A DNA stretch of 62,611 nucleotides, filler included, from Sphacelaria rigidula (Eukaryota): assembly GCA_964200075.2 (NCBI GenBank). It is 4 parts of 4 records of this genome, joined end to end, with 100 filler letters (N's around TTAATTAATTAA, not from the genome) between each part and the next. Parts side by side here need not be neighbours in the genome. Positions count along the whole stretch, not along the records: positions 15,683 to 31,262 come from CAXNAA020001691.1; positions 31,363 to 46,941 come from CAXNAA020001692.1; 2 more parts are not named here. One strand, 5' to 3'. The notes beneath the pieces are model-generated. The model made no database searches and was not told the DNA's origin. It saw nothing but the letters and a program-made list of their open reading frames with translations. This document shows, piece by piece, positions 23,223 through 36,546 of this stretch. Within the stretch, counting starts at the first letter, position 1; each line of letters opens with the position of its first letter. The position numbers and the translations under genes are program-made.

Positions 23223-26142
23223 TAAGACACGGGCTGAGAACAAAGATGACCTGAACCAACCAGGCCGACGAAAATATGCGAATACACACAGAACAGCCCA
23301 CAACAAGTAAGCAGAACGCATTCTTGGTGTTTTATGAGGCCGAGGCCCAGAACGGCCCACACCGTCATTCCTGTCCTACCATCCCGAGCCTACTGCAGGT
23401 GCGGCTTTGTAGTAAATCACCAGCGCGGAAGTTACACGCAGATAATGTACAAGGTATAGAGGCTTGGTTATAACCGAGACGGTTCGCTTGGAGGTTCGGA
23501 ACAATTTCTTCTTTGCGTCCGACGCCAAGGGTGCAAGAAACAATATGCAACACACGACAGGATCGCACAACCGTAGTTTTTGGTCGATGTTGAGATTCTA
23601 GGACGGAAGATGCAGTTGGTTGGGAGGAAGATGGCTCAGTGCAAGAGGGAAAATCTTGACCAGTTTTTCGCCAATCAGCTTCTACGGTATGTGGTGTACA
23701 AGACTCAGTCTTTCACTGTCAACAGTACACCCTACAGCAGCCAGTAGGGGAAGGCATGCAAACATGCCGTGATGCCCATATTGCTTTCACAGCTGAAAAC
23801 ACAGACCTGGGTGGGCACAAAGTTAATCTCACCTAGCGAGTCGGATCTGAAGATGAGAAGAATGAATTGGCAAGAACAAGGCAGCAGAGGATTTCTTCGA
23901 GAGTGTCGGCTTAGATGAGCGAGACACGACATCGGCCTCTACACCTATACAAACGGAAACCTCTGCATTGAGGTCAAAGAGACGCGTTGAACTAAATCAC
24001 GTAATCCCGTGGTCATTTTCATCGTCACCAACACCAAAAAATGTAAATAGTCCAGGATACAGTAGTTCTTGCAAGGTTCTTCCAGTAGTCCGCTCAGTTC
24101 GAGCATCGGTTGAGGTGAATCAAAGGTTATGATGTATGGTATATACATGATATATGTCATAACCTTTGGGGCGACCTCGTTTGGCTGTTGGGATGGATCG
24201 GTGAAACAATAATGGAAAACAACCAAAAGACAACTGATTTCAGTTTAATTATTTCATAACTAATATCAACTCGGCACTGGCTGAGGTCGTGCCGACAGGC
24301 CGATCCACAAAGTTGATACCCCAGCTGACTTCCTTTGCATGCTGCTTCTCTCCAATGTGTTCTTCCCGACCTGTCTAGGTGAGATTGATTTTATGCCCAT
24401 CGACCTCAATGCTCTATAATCTGATGCTGATGCTCCATAACCAAACACATGTGCTCGTCCTCACCTACCGAGCTAGTCTAGGGTGTACGGTTTATAGTGA
24501 AATGCCGCACCTTGTAACATGCTGCCGAAGTTGGTTTGTATGCATCCGGTCGAGGTTATCTATCTTGCATCAGGCCATCTCCACCGAAGTAAATCATCTC
24601 TCTCGTTCTGAAACCTCATTCGAGACCTAGAACTACGGGTGTGTGACCTTTTCGTGTATTGCATACATAAACCCTTACCCTTTCCGTCCGACATGAGGAA
24701 TAAATTGTTCCGAATCTCGGAGCGGATGATCTCGGTGATGACCGGGCCTTCATACGCTTTTTGCGTCCAACATCTAGGGGTACGTACCCAGACTCAAAGC
24801 AAGCAAGGAATGCGTACAACAGCGCGTGAAATGCACACAAGTTCGAAGTAGGGACGATTATGCTCCCGCCCTGGCAACTTGCAAGAAAACATATCCGCAA
24901 CAGACTCAGGGGATCGAACAGCGGGGGTGGCGCCATTAACTCCCGTGCTCCCAGCCCCACGGTCGACCGAGAGCGCGATCTGCTGGCTGGTTGCTAGATG
25001 AGAGAATGGCGCGCATGATCTCAGTCAACGATGCAGATTTTGGAGTCTCAGGAGAGTGCATTCATTCCATGCATACCTCACTGGTCAGCGTCAGCACTAC
25101 ATCAGTGCAGTATACCGGCGGCGGTAAAGCGCCCCACAGTGCCTCACCGCACCACACGGTATTGTTCTGGGTGCGCCTGACTCCCCAAAATGGGCAAAAA
25201 AGTGTCATCGACCAAAAGCACGAACAGTCCGGAAATCTCGTTTATCCCCTGATTATGTACGCCGTAAAATCCCCCAAAGTACTTGTGATTCGAGTGGGGT
25301 TTCCACTTGACGATTTCCCATTTCCTTCGTCCAGGACTACGAACCACGGCGTGCCTCGGCTACTCACGGGCGTGTATTAGTTCAAGCTACAATCTGGAAC
25401 GATTGTGGAACCAAAGGAGTTATGGTGATCGAGAAAATCGCAAAAAAATGATATTTTCCCCACTTGACCTTTTTGGTACTGGGCCTCCAGAACGATCAAC
25501 GAGGCTGGTCAGGAATGACGTGTCCTGCACATGCATGAAACAATGGATTCATGTTGCTAAAAATCCATGTATGTAACCGCAGGATCAGAGAGAAAGACCG
25601 GAATTTTTTCCAATCTATTTTCAGGTGCAGGTACAAACTGTCTGTACTATGATTCGGGTGTTGTGCGCATCAGGTAATGTACAGACGTATCAAGCAGTAT
25701 GAGTCGCCGTGGAGAACTTTCAACAGGATGTGGCAACCGCCGCCCGAAACTTGTAGCCTTGGATATTGTCCCCATCGCCTTGACACACAGCCCTTCGTGG
25801 TCGGGGTAGGCCGCAATTTCCCTCTTTGTTGCAAGCGGCAAATTCTCTTCGAACGGCATGGGCGTTGCGCGCAGATACAGTACAGCGCAGCACACCTTTT
25901 CAAATGCAGCAATTCTTTGAAGCTTCTCTTGAGCGTCGAAAAGTTGATTTTTTTCCCTTGTATCGAAAAACCCATAGCTATGCTAGGAGATAGATGGTGG
26001 CCACAGACGGCGGGAACAGGCAAGGTGTGAGATATGTGGAAGGTTTCTGTGTAATGTATGCAAGAAATATAATGAGCACCGACATATTGGAGGTGTCTCC
26101 CACTACGAGTATGAACGGTGCTCCATCTCGAAAGGGATGCGT

Positions 26143-27370
26143 GGTCAATGGTCAAACAACTAAAGCAACCACCGAATGAGTACACGCCCCACCCCCTCCC
26201 CGTCGCCTGGTCCGACGAGAACCCGGCGTGCTCCGTCCCGGTTTAGTAGGGGCGGACTTCCGATGGGGTTGGCGTCGGTTGACGATGATGCTAGAAAACA
26301 CGACACTCACTGCGTAAGCTAGGCAACCAGATTACCGATTTTTTTTTTGCGTTAGCCATGATGGTGGTCGAGCTAGATCATGTTGTGCGGCGCGAAAGAA
26401 CCTCAACTCCGCGCAAAGGAGATGATCGTACTACGTAGTGTTCACATGGTGGGACACCCATGAGGCAGTGTATAAGTCGTGGCTATCTCTGGAGGCTGCG
26501 ATACCAGAAACTAAAGCAACTCATTGTAGGTTGTCATCCTGTTGCAAGATGGTCAGTAGACCTCGGGCCGAACAATCATAGCAGGTTGAAGCTCACCCCT
26601 CATGCGACTCGCCGAGCACACCACGGCGCTTCGCGCTAGGTGAGTGAGTGCGAGCCTTGTCCGGCGAAAACCCGGCGTGCTCCGTCCCGGCATTGTAGGG
26701 ATGCGAGGTCAGTGGTCTTATGGCTAGGGCATGCAGTATCATGAGTACACCACCCCCCTCCCCCCTCCCCTATGCTCCGCTTGACGGTATGAGTCGAGCA
26801 AATACAGTGTTTACCGCCACGGGTGGCCCACCGTTGATTCGGCAGGACCATGTGCACGTACTGCGAACGTGAGGGTGTTGTGATATACTTTCGGCGACGA
26901 CGGAACGTATGATGACTTTCCGTCAGCAAGTCAGCAGATGGTGAGTTTGTTCCCGTTGTTGGCCCGTCGAGCGTCTGGCGAGTTTTCGGCATCACTCGTT
27001 CGACGTGAGTCAATGCCGTCATTGATCATCGGAGGAACTGAAGTTGAGTGTCCCACCAAATTAACGATCGGACACCCCACGGTTTCTCAAACTTGCGGTA
27101 AGGATACTGTCTGCGCTGCACTCGCTGTACGCCGCGCTCGTGGTGCACCAATACTGCACATCTTTAGCGGACCCAGCAGGCAGTGATATTCGATGTCCCG
27201 TGCGATGAACATCCAACCACCAACTAGCGTTGTTCATTCGTGGTGTTATCTCGTCCCTTGCCAGCCACCGTGCATGTTCGACGGAACTTGTAAGCTGAAT
27301 GGAGACATGACCCCCTCCTGACGCCGCTAATCGCGTCAAATACCACACTGCTTGAAGCTGCCGACCACTC
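26143..27370 (-). mobile_element. Degenerate Ty1/copia 3' end: RT/RNase H remnant, polypurine tract and LTR
   Basis: Minus-strand peptides QAVWYLTRL...NASWWLDVHRTGHRISL and SADLLTE..TFRRRRKYI. A G-rich purine tract at about 26750-26772 precedes TGTACTCATG (26749 downward). The 26143-26749 segment is repeated at 15683-16242. Confidence 0.55.
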
Positions 27371-29598
27371 CTTGAGTGAAGAAGTTTGTGCATCGTTACT
27401 GAAACTAAAGTACTGTGCTCCTTGTGTGTCTCGGCTACCCTGCTGTACAGCAACGAATTACTCCCTCCCCCCCCCCCCCCGCGCTCCTCCCCGGGTAAAC
27501 AATTTCATGCCTCGTTTCCCGTGCTTTGGAGCAAGTTTGTTTCCCTACTTCTCCTGTATGCTGCGGCTAAACCAAGAAACTTCGAATGTGCATGATCCGG
27601 ACAGGTCAGGCGGTCTTGAGAGGGAGGAATTATGGCACAGTAACCGAGACATCAGCAGCACGGTGCTATATTGTGCTGTGCTGTGCTGTACTGTACTCTA
27701 TCATACTGTATCATCCCATACGAGATGCACGTGTGGTAAAAGAGTGAACAGATTGCAACGCGGCAGCCGTGGCGCGTGCGTGATCGTCAGTGTGACCAGG
27801 AAAACATTATAATGAAAAGGCAATGACGCAGACACAGCGCAAGGAGTATTACGATCGAGATTGTCTTCAATCTTTTCAGACTTTTTCGTCTTTATGGGGG
27901 AGGAATTGCACTTTCGTCAAAGTTCTCCTGGGATGATTAAATCGAATCGCACGCTAGATTTTCAGAGTACTCTGAAGACAGTGTTGAATTAATCCATTAC
28001 CCGACCTCGCGGAAAAATCTGTTTTCACCTTCCCCCCCCCGGACAAACCGGAGATTTGGGGGAAAATGACAGCCCAAATAACCGTGTCATTGATCATGAT
28101 GCAACTAAATATTCCGAACCCTGATAGGAGGTTAGGGCTCTGGGGTCGAAAATCAAGAGACTGTCGTTCCATTGACACATGGCACCGTTTTTTCGATTGA
28201 CTCTCGAAAGCTGATCTCAGCTCACGGTCCGAAGCTCGCACCACTCTTGTGTAAGAGGTTTTGATCAGCACTCGTATGCCAGCAACTATCGTCTCCTTCT
28301 GCATGCAAAAATCGATGTAGCGCTTTCAGGCGCCCGCAGAAAGATGTGCCATAAATGCTCAACTGGAGGCAAGCTTGCCGCGGGTCTTGAATCATGTCCG
28401 GAGCTGTGCCTTGTCAGGCCACCGTGAATCCCAAATCGGCCAATAGGTTCCAAGTTGAGTATAAACGGGTTCGTGGTTGTTTCACCTTGAGATCTATATT
28501 TCCACCATCAATTCAGACCCTCTATTTCTAGACCCGTCGTATCCCCAGCCCCCACCACCAGCCCACTCAAACGCCGTGTGCTGTGCTGCACCGTGGTGTT
28601 CTAATCATGGCCAACATCGCCGTCGAATGGGCTTCCTTCAAGTTCGAAAACTGCTCATGAATTAATCATTGGCGAGTGTCGGAAGCTTTTTCGCGTTTTT
28701 TCGTGTGCCGCCGCTCAATATTTACCGCCTCTGGCATGTTTCACGTGCCGAGGAATGATTGCCTGCGAAAAAAAAAAAAAACACTACAACATTTCACAGC
28801 GGGCGGTGTTGGCGGTTTTTGGTTCGTTAAACAATTGGTTTTGACGCTGGCGCACTGAAAAGCTACAAACCAAAGAAATGAGCCTGGAAGTATTTGAGGA
28901 GAACGATTGAAAGGGGTTCATCCCCCTGTACCATACACATATCACTTTTTTTCTACATGCTGATCTTTCTCAGCACTCGATTGCGCTAGCTAAACTTGGT
29001 GAATATTGGGGAAGAAGCAGGTCGTGCGCAGGACACGATTCCCAAGTTGGTGTTGCCGGGGCGATTATAGGGGAGATCTCGTTTGTCAGGGAGTGTTACT
29101 CATCGCCACTTGACGGAAGGCACAGTTCTCCAACTCAATATATATTGGATTGAAGTGATGTTTAACATATTGTTACCATAATGTATATTGAGCACAAACC
29201 ATCCGAAGTTGTTGTTTCTCCAATATATAGGCCGCGCACGCTCATCCCATAGTTATTGCGCAGCCAGTATATACTGGACACGCTCGCGGAGGAATATATT
29301 GAGCGTTTTCGGCGTGTGGTGATACATCTTTGGATGGTGCCCGCATATCTAGAACTATACACTATGCTAATTCCAATACAAGTTCCAACATACATACTGA
29401 ATCAATAATATATACTAGTGGTAAGCCACTGCTGACGCACGTGGCAGCACCACCGCAGGTACCACCGCCTCGGTTCTCGCACGCGTGGTGGGTTTGAACA
29501 AAATTGCGAGAAGCAAAAACGGCGTTAACCATAGTTAATAAGTACAAAGTATGAGCAAATAAGGACCTCCAGCCCAACGGCTAACATGATGAGCGTTA

Positions 29599-29968
29599 CA
29601 CACGGGGCCATTTGGCTCCCCCCCAAATTCCTCCAGGATGGTCAACGTTTCGAGCCTCCGGAGGAATTAAGCGCCTCCAGAGGGGTGGGCGACTCTCCTG
29701 AGGGGTGCGCGGCCCTCCAGGGGAGTACCTTTTGGTTTCCTCCAGAGGGATTAAACGCCTCCGGAGGCTTGTTTTCGCCTCCAGTGGGCCGCGCACACCT
29801 CTGGAAGCATTTCGCTACCCGCAGATTCCTCCAGAGGGGTGCGCGGCTCTCCAGGGCGGTAGTGTGTGGTTTCCTCCAGAGAGATTGAAGCCCCCCGGCG
29901 ACTTGTTTCCTGGAGGGCCGCACATCCCTCCGGAGGCATTTCGAGGGGTACCCAAATGGCCACGTGTG
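29599..29968. mobile_element. TA-flanked foldback MITE with internal GC-rich repeats
   Basis: TA|CACACGGGGCCATTTGG ... CCAAATGGCCACGTGTG|TA, with repeated CCTCCAGAGGGG / CCTCCGGAGG words in both orientations. Confidence 0.78.
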
Positions 29969-30469
29969 TAGTGGTACTAAACGCAGGGGGATTGCTAGCC
30001 CCCGAAAAGTGTCCGAGCTGTTCGGCGTCATTTTTCTAACCATCGCCCCTTTTGTTTCGTGTCTTGGGATACACTTGATTTTAGGATAGGTCCTTGACAT
30101 GGAGAAATCGTGCGCTAAGGTAATGTTCTTCCTATTCAGACGCCACATGCACTTCCACACCACCAAGACATTCCGGGGTTGATCCTTATTTCCAAGTGCT
30201 TTTTCAAGCGGACCCTCAAAACCTGCAGAAGAAACAGGCCATTGTCCACTTTTTTCCGCTGACCGCGGGACGTGCCCTGGAAAGGATTCAACCCAGTGAT
30301 TGCATTCGGACTCGAAGCACACAACGCAAAAAAGCGAACACGCTCCGGCCTTGTAGTTGGATATGAAAATAATATCAACAGTCGTTTGCTTTTTCTTCCC
30401 TCCACGGAGGATATGAAGGTCAATATTTCTCTTGTACAGGCTTGGCCACCCAGGATGCCACCAGGAATG

Positions 30470-31006
30470 TTGAAACGCATTTTCTTCGCTCAATTTTGGA
30501 TCGTTTTTGATCAAAGTTTGACACGATGTACAGAACGTATGTGCGAACACCCCACTTTCCATACCCTGTTTTCAATTTTCTTCTCTCCGGGGGTAATTGG
30601 CAATTTTGTTCCGGAAAAATGTTCTGAAACGTTCTTTTGCCAAAACCTCACGGAAAAATAAACTAAGAACAGGGAATGAAGTGTGGGGTATTCGCACATA
30701 CGTCCTGTATATCGTATCAAACTTTAATCGAAAACGATCCAAAATTGAGCGCAGGAAACGCGTCATTCCGTCGACAAGCGGTCACCATAGTATATGGAGG
30801 TGGACCAGTTACGAATAATCCAAGCGCATTTATGTTGTTCAATTTCAAGCTGTTTTCGATGAAATTTTGACACGATGCACAAGACGCACGTGCGAATACC
30901 GAACCTTTCCTGCGATGTTTTTTTTTGTTTTTCTGCGTGAGTTATTGGCGACTTTGCTCCGAAAAAACACTGGTCTGAATTTTCCGTCGCCACTAACTCA
31001 CGAAAA

Positions 31007-31038
<32 letters not shown>

Positions 31039-31135
31039 TCATACACGCACACGGGAGGAAGGAAAAGAAGTGTTTCCACATACGTCCTGTACATCATGTC
31101 AAAATTTCATCGAAAACGACTGAGTATTGAGCTCG
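30470..31135. repeat. Two tandem foldback (inverted-repeat) units
   Basis: TTTGACACGATG.ACA..ACG...GTGCGAA at about 30517 and 30866, with inverted counterparts CACATACGTCCTGTA.ATC.T.TCAAA at about 30695 and 31077. Confidence 0.65.
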
Positions 31136-31262
31136 AGAATCGTGCCACAGCTTGTGCGGCACCACGCGGCACAAAACTGACTGTACGCGAAAATCCAATC
31201 TCAAACGTCCTTTTTTTGCTAATTCCGTCGCACATAGTACCCCCAACTCTCTACACTTTCGC

Positions 31263-31362
31263 NNNNNNNNNNNNNNNNNNNNNNNNNNNNNNNNNNNNNN
31301 NNNNNNTTAATTAATTAANNNNNNNNNNNNNNNNNNNNNNNNNNNNNNNNNNNNNNNNNNNN
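31263..31362. other. Artificial contig spacer
   Basis: Identical 100-nt linker. Confidence 0.98.
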
Positions 31363-31402
31363 AGGTTACGAGGTTACCAACTGAGCCACCGGGGCGACCG
31401 GC
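31363..31402 (-). mobile_element. tRNA-like SINE head running into the contig start
   Basis: Reverse complement GCCGGTCGCCCCGGTGGCTCAGTTGGTAACC, near-identical to the 46866 copy. Confidence 0.8.
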
Positions 31403-33100
31403 AACTACATGCATCCCGTAAAACTCTTCCCGTGATTGTGCGATGACTCGCACAATCACGGTAATTCATCACACCCCCTTTGTGAAGTCTTTGAAGCTCC
31501 GATTCCTCGGCAGCAACGGTTAGCTAATGACACCAATAGCTTTACTGTTGGAAATTATCTTTTTCATCTATCGATGGACCAAGTGTTTCGCCGGCACTAC
31601 TGTACGGGCTCCTGAATCTCGGAAAATATGCGTTTGAAAGATGATGCTATTAATAGGTGGTGCGACAACGAAGGGTGTTGAGGCACAGCAAAATATCGGG
31701 CACACAAGCAATACAAGTAAATAGATGTAACTCCCGTGATCACACGAGTGCGCAGACAGGATTGAGGAGATGGTCACAGGCCAGTTCGTTCAGAGCACAT
31801 CCGACACAATGCACTTCAAATCCTTTGACCGTCGGGGTGGGTCATGTGTAGAACGGGCATCACCGATCATGAGAGCAGGGCGGTGCGTGCACTACGCCAA
31901 GTTGACGGGCGGGTTTAGTGGGTTCAACCTCCACACGCCCTGGGCAAGGCTTTTCAAACGCTCCAAGCGCCTACTCCACATGCCTGCCGCAAGGCGGTCT
32001 GGCCGAGCCTCTAGGTAATCGGCACTAAAACCCTGCTCGCGGGGGTAAGTGTAGGGGTGAGGTATCCTCCTTCCTTCAAGAAAGAAAAAAAAACGGCATC
32101 ACTTTCACTGAAAACCGAATGCATGACCCACATGCCCTCCCCTAACGGTCAAAGGGTTCACACATACGTGAACATGCACTGAGAGAGCCATGACCCTACG
32201 ATGAATAAAAAACAGTAGAGTTAAAAAAAAAAGTACAACATGATTAGTTTTCAACTTTTCAATCCTTCGATCGCTCGTTCAAATAATTCCGAGTTCTAGG
32301 GTGCTTGCTCACGGCCCTCCCCGCCCTCAAAGTCGATACTGAACAACGATCCATGCGTGGGCACAGATTGAGTTCAGTTGCGCGTCGGCACTATACGAGT
32401 CCTAAACAAAGCTCTCAATTTGGTCGGGAGACTGTCAGATGGCGGGTGTCATAGCTGACGCTTCGACGCGGCTCGTACGTGGGTACGTGCCCACCACCGA
32501 GGCCAGGGCCACATGTAACGGCGCATGCGCACACGACGGTTTGAAACGTCTTCGCGCACGGATGATTACAGACCCTGCTACTAGCGCGATCGCCACTCAC
32601 GGGTGGCTTCCACTCGTCGGGGTCCGTCATTTGGTGCTGGTCTCATGGTACAGTGGATCATAACACGCGTCCTGTTCGTGCCAACGCCTCCTCAGCCCCC
32701 CTCTCTGCGTTCGTACATGAGCACTGTCTTTCCAAGAACTATTCCAAACCCGATAAACAGCATGCGTAAACGACGTCCAACAACTACAGCGACACGGGGG
32801 CTGCAGGTTGAGGGTTTTCGAAGAAATCAGGTGGCCAAAAAAACGAGGCCCCACTTCATCATGAGGGGAAGCGTTTCTACTCTTCAGGTATCGCATTTTG
32901 TAGTACAGTAGGCTGACTTATATCAAATATCCGTCAATAAATAGGGCACGCGATAGATACAGCAATATCTGGATGTAGCGCCGAGGGGTTGAGGCAAATA
33001 GTGTGCACCTAGGTTATGTTCACGTACATATCTATGACACTATGCATGCCTTCGCTGAGCTGTTTTCGTGAGGTACATGCTTCAGTAGACCTGCAGCTTT

Positions 33101-33395
33101 GGGCGTATATCTATGGTAGACAGCATGACCACTTGAATTAACACTGGAGAAAGTTCCGAGAAAATTCATGGTTCAGGGCAGGTGAGCAGTGGACCCAGCT
33201 GGTCCAGAACGTGTTTTTGTCGAAATCGGCGCCTGCGGCGTCGATTTGATGTCTGGCAACGCACACGTTGCCGAGGAAAACCTGCGCACCTCCCTTGCCA
33301 GAGGGTCTCGTAGGCCTCGGGTCGGGGTTAGGGTTAGGGTTAGGGTTAGGGTTATTGTTAGCTTGTTGGGAAAAACCAACCATAGATATACGCCC
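33101..33395. mobile_element. ~295-bp TIR MITE containing (TTAGGG)4
   Basis: TIR GGGCGTATATCTATGGT / ACCATAGATATACGCCC, with TTAGGG x4 at 33328-33351. Confidence 0.75.
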
Positions 33396-33740
33396 AAAAG
33401 CGGTAGGTTCCCTAATATACTTTCATCCCTGGCAAGTGCTGCACGCTGGCAGCCGCCACTGCTGCGATACATGCAAAAAACATACATCCTCTCATTTTGT
33501 CATCCTTACACAGTTCTGATGCTTTGATCTTGCACGCATGCCACAGACAGTGTCTCAACGGTAGTTTTTGTTACTGTCTCTGTCCTGCTGCTGCTACTAC
33601 TCTACTGTACCTGCTAACTTCTTCATCATAACAGGCTGAATACAACGGTATGAAACAATCAATGTGTCATCGCTCTCCACTTAGCAAAGTCTTCTGTACA
33701 CTGGTGCCATCTCTGCTTATAAGTGTTGCACAGCAACATT

Positions 33741-33742
<2 letters not shown>

Positions 33743-33812
<70 letters not shown>

Positions 33813-34146
33813 CGTGTGTGTGTACACCTTTCGGAATATATGGGTGCATCAGCCGGGGTCACACAGGAGGACGGCCAACGCAGGAGTTCCCTGTTTTCTC
33901 TTGTTTTAGCCATCCACCTTCCTTTTGCGGTGTTTGCCTCCTTTTTTATCGCGAGAGGGGTTCAGCGGTCCCTTCCCTTCGTCGACCGTGAAGTCGAACT
34001 TTGTGTACCCACGACATAGTCCTTCTCCACTTTTGCGCATTATGTGAGAAAAAATACCAGATCGTGTAACTGCACCAAGATTCGAACACACGGCCCAGAC
34101 GTCGGAAGGTGTCAAAGATATCAACTGAGCCACCGGAGCAACCAGC
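33743..34146 (-). mobile_element. Near full-length tRNA-derived SINE (~400 bp) with a (CA)n tail
   Basis: Minus strand reads GCTGGTTGCTCCGG-TGGCTCAGTTGA (A box) ... GTTCGAATCT (B box), then a body with GGGACCGCTGAACCCC and TGTGTGACCCCGGCTGATGC...CGAAAGGTGTA, then (CA)n. Confidence 0.85.
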
Positions 34147-35441
34147 AATATTTGCACATGAAAAATAGAGAATTATGCCTCTTTTTTCAAAAATATATAG
34201 GCGGTGTTCTTGGAGATTAGGCGCCCCAACACAGTACACCTGGCGTCTGATTATTCTGAAAGTTGACGTATGTGTGGACTGAGGCTACAGGTGGGTGTTG
34301 ACGCAGCAGTTTCGGTGACCCGAGATGTTTTGTGCGCTGTGTGGCTTGAAAGGATGGTTATGCACGATGCTGTGGTGATTCCGAAAACAAGAACACTTTC
34401 TAATGACAATTCTAGAGGGAACGATATGAAATCCGCGCGGAGGCATGAGTAGATCTTGTCATCCTTGTTTACATCGGCCTCCTGTTGGTCGAGGCTAGCA
34501 CCAAGGCGGGAAATAACCACCACTTGAGGTTCTCCATATGTTAGAGGCAGATGCCCTTGAGTTCTATCGCCGTGCCGAGCAAGACGCGACCGCATGACGC
34601 AGCCAAGGAGAAGAGTGTCTTCTGTCAAGGACCACTGCGGACCTGTTCGGGCAGGGGGCAACGTCTCCTCCCTCACAGTGCTAGACTTAGCGTGGCGGGG
34701 TACCACGGCGGTCTAAAAATGACAGGGGCAGTTGCTGTAGTTTTCTTTTACTGTATCACAATCAATCGGGTATTCTTCGATGGTATTCTCCCACGTGAAG
34801 ATCTTGACGTTTCTCTGGCAGGCGTGTGATCGCCGTTGTGCAGAGTTGTCACTTTGTTCCACAATAGGACAGCGTGCGACTTTCACTTTGACATTTCTTC
34901 ATGAATGAATTGCGGGTATTCTAGCCCTGTCGAGGCGTGGCTCGCGTCGTACAGTCAGTGCTACAGTACTCATTGCAGTGGTACTAGACACAGTTTCAAC
35001 TTCGTCGGGCAATACCGTGCGCGGATACATATCGTGTGATAAACGCTTCCCCCTTTGGTGTTCATATGCATCCTTTCCCATCCGGCTGCCAAACGCGCGA
35101 TGGCTGGTCTGTAGCGCCAGGTATCCGTGCTGATATGGAGACTTCTCTTCCGAGGACGTCTGCTCCTCTAGTCTCCGCATATATTAGGTCTTGGAGCATG
35201 ACCGTCTGCAATTGACGCCGAGGATGACGAATTATAATTCGAGTAAATATAATGCCTCCATAATTTCGAGAAGGAACAATACTGAATAAGACAAATGATG
35301 CCAATTAAGCAGATCGCCTATCCTCGCGGTCAAAGGGTTGATTCCGCCCCGAGACGCCAGAAGTAGGTCATGAGTGTAATCGGCATTAATTCCACTCGAC
35401 AAAAGTATGCATGATCCGGATGGACTGCTTTCGCCGTCTAA

Positions 35442-35620
35442 GGCCGTGCCTTCGCATCTCATTTTTCGATCGAAAAAGAGCAATGGGATACAAAAATTCC
35501 GAGCTGAAAGGTTTTGATGCGAAGATGAAGGACAGCAGTTGAAATCACAACCCATCAGACCGGACTTTTCCTTGTCCAACGCACATTTTCGATCGAAAAA
35601 TAACAAGCTAAAACACGGCC
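35442..35620. mobile_element. PIF/Harbinger (Tourist-like) MITE, 179 bp
   Basis: TAA|GGCCGTG ... CACGGCC|TAA, with an internal TTTTCGATCGAAAA palindrome near each end. Confidence 0.82.
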
Positions 35621-36129
35621 TAATGGTTTACATCACAGATGGGCCAGACACGGGGCAAAGAACCACGTACGAGCAGAGCTAAAACCGCGCCATTTGCTCA
35701 AATTTTTCATGGATGAGTGGTCGTTACCCAAATGGTCACATACAATCACACGCTGCGAGGTGAGCTGTAGGGTTCCTGTAGGGGAACAAAGTGACAAATT
35801 GGGTATTCAGGCGGGTTCTTATCGAAGGACAGTATCCCTTTTTTGAAAGTCCTCCTCTTCAAAAACGATCGCTGATTCGTCGCTACAATTATCACACCCT
35901 AAAAACATGCCCAAAAATCCCTTCTTGGAGGAAGATTTTCTCAGGAGGTGAAGGGGCAATTCCTGAAACTGCTTTTTGAAACAGGGATTTTTGGGCGCCT
36001 CAAGGGGAACATGATTGTCCCATTGACAGGGGTATATGCTAAGGCTTGCCACATAACCCAACACAATCAGAGATGAACTTCAGGAACTTGGAGCCCCGCA
36101 AGCCAGAAACACACAGCTCGAGCGGGGCT

Positions 36130-36546
36130 GCTCATCAGCTGAGCACGTTGTGTGTGACCTTGCTTCGATTTGTCTAAAATTCAACGATAATAGGTGTGAG
36201 AAACGCACAACAGCACACGCGCATGGGCGGTCAGGAACGACACGCTTTCGACTGTAATTTGACACGGACGCGCGGCCGTTATTCCTCCAATACAGAACAA
36301 CTTTTCCGTCAAACAACGACTGTCGTGTGGAGATTAGCACGGGCCACCGCTAGAACAAATGCGGACGACTGCTGGGTGTCATTTCTTGGGGCTCCGTGTG
36401 TATGTATTGTGTTCGTGTTGCCTCGTGACGTCATATCTGTAGCGTTACACGGGTGTTGGACTAACGATCACTTGCAGAACCGCCGCATTTCTGAATCTCT
36501 GTGCATATCTGGGCTTAGATCTAAACAGAATTACTCCTCCGTAAGG
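36130..36546 (+). repeat. Dispersed repeat, homologous to 360-775
   Basis: Same collinear blocks as the 360-775 copy. Confidence 0.75.

Noticed and set aside
15683-26772. Paired LTRs of one ~11-kb retrotransposon
   Set aside because: Both copies are preceded on the minus strand by a purine tract, so both look like 3' LTRs. They are clearly diverged, and the interval contains no gag-pol.
29642-30562. 306-aa minus-strand ORF as a gene
   Set aside because: It spans a foldback MITE, a possible copia fragment on the opposite strand (KRTRSGLVVGYENN) and a foldback repeat. No coherent domain is recognisable.
33328-33354. Chromosome end (telomere)
   Set aside because: Only four repeats, internal to a TIR element in mid-contig.
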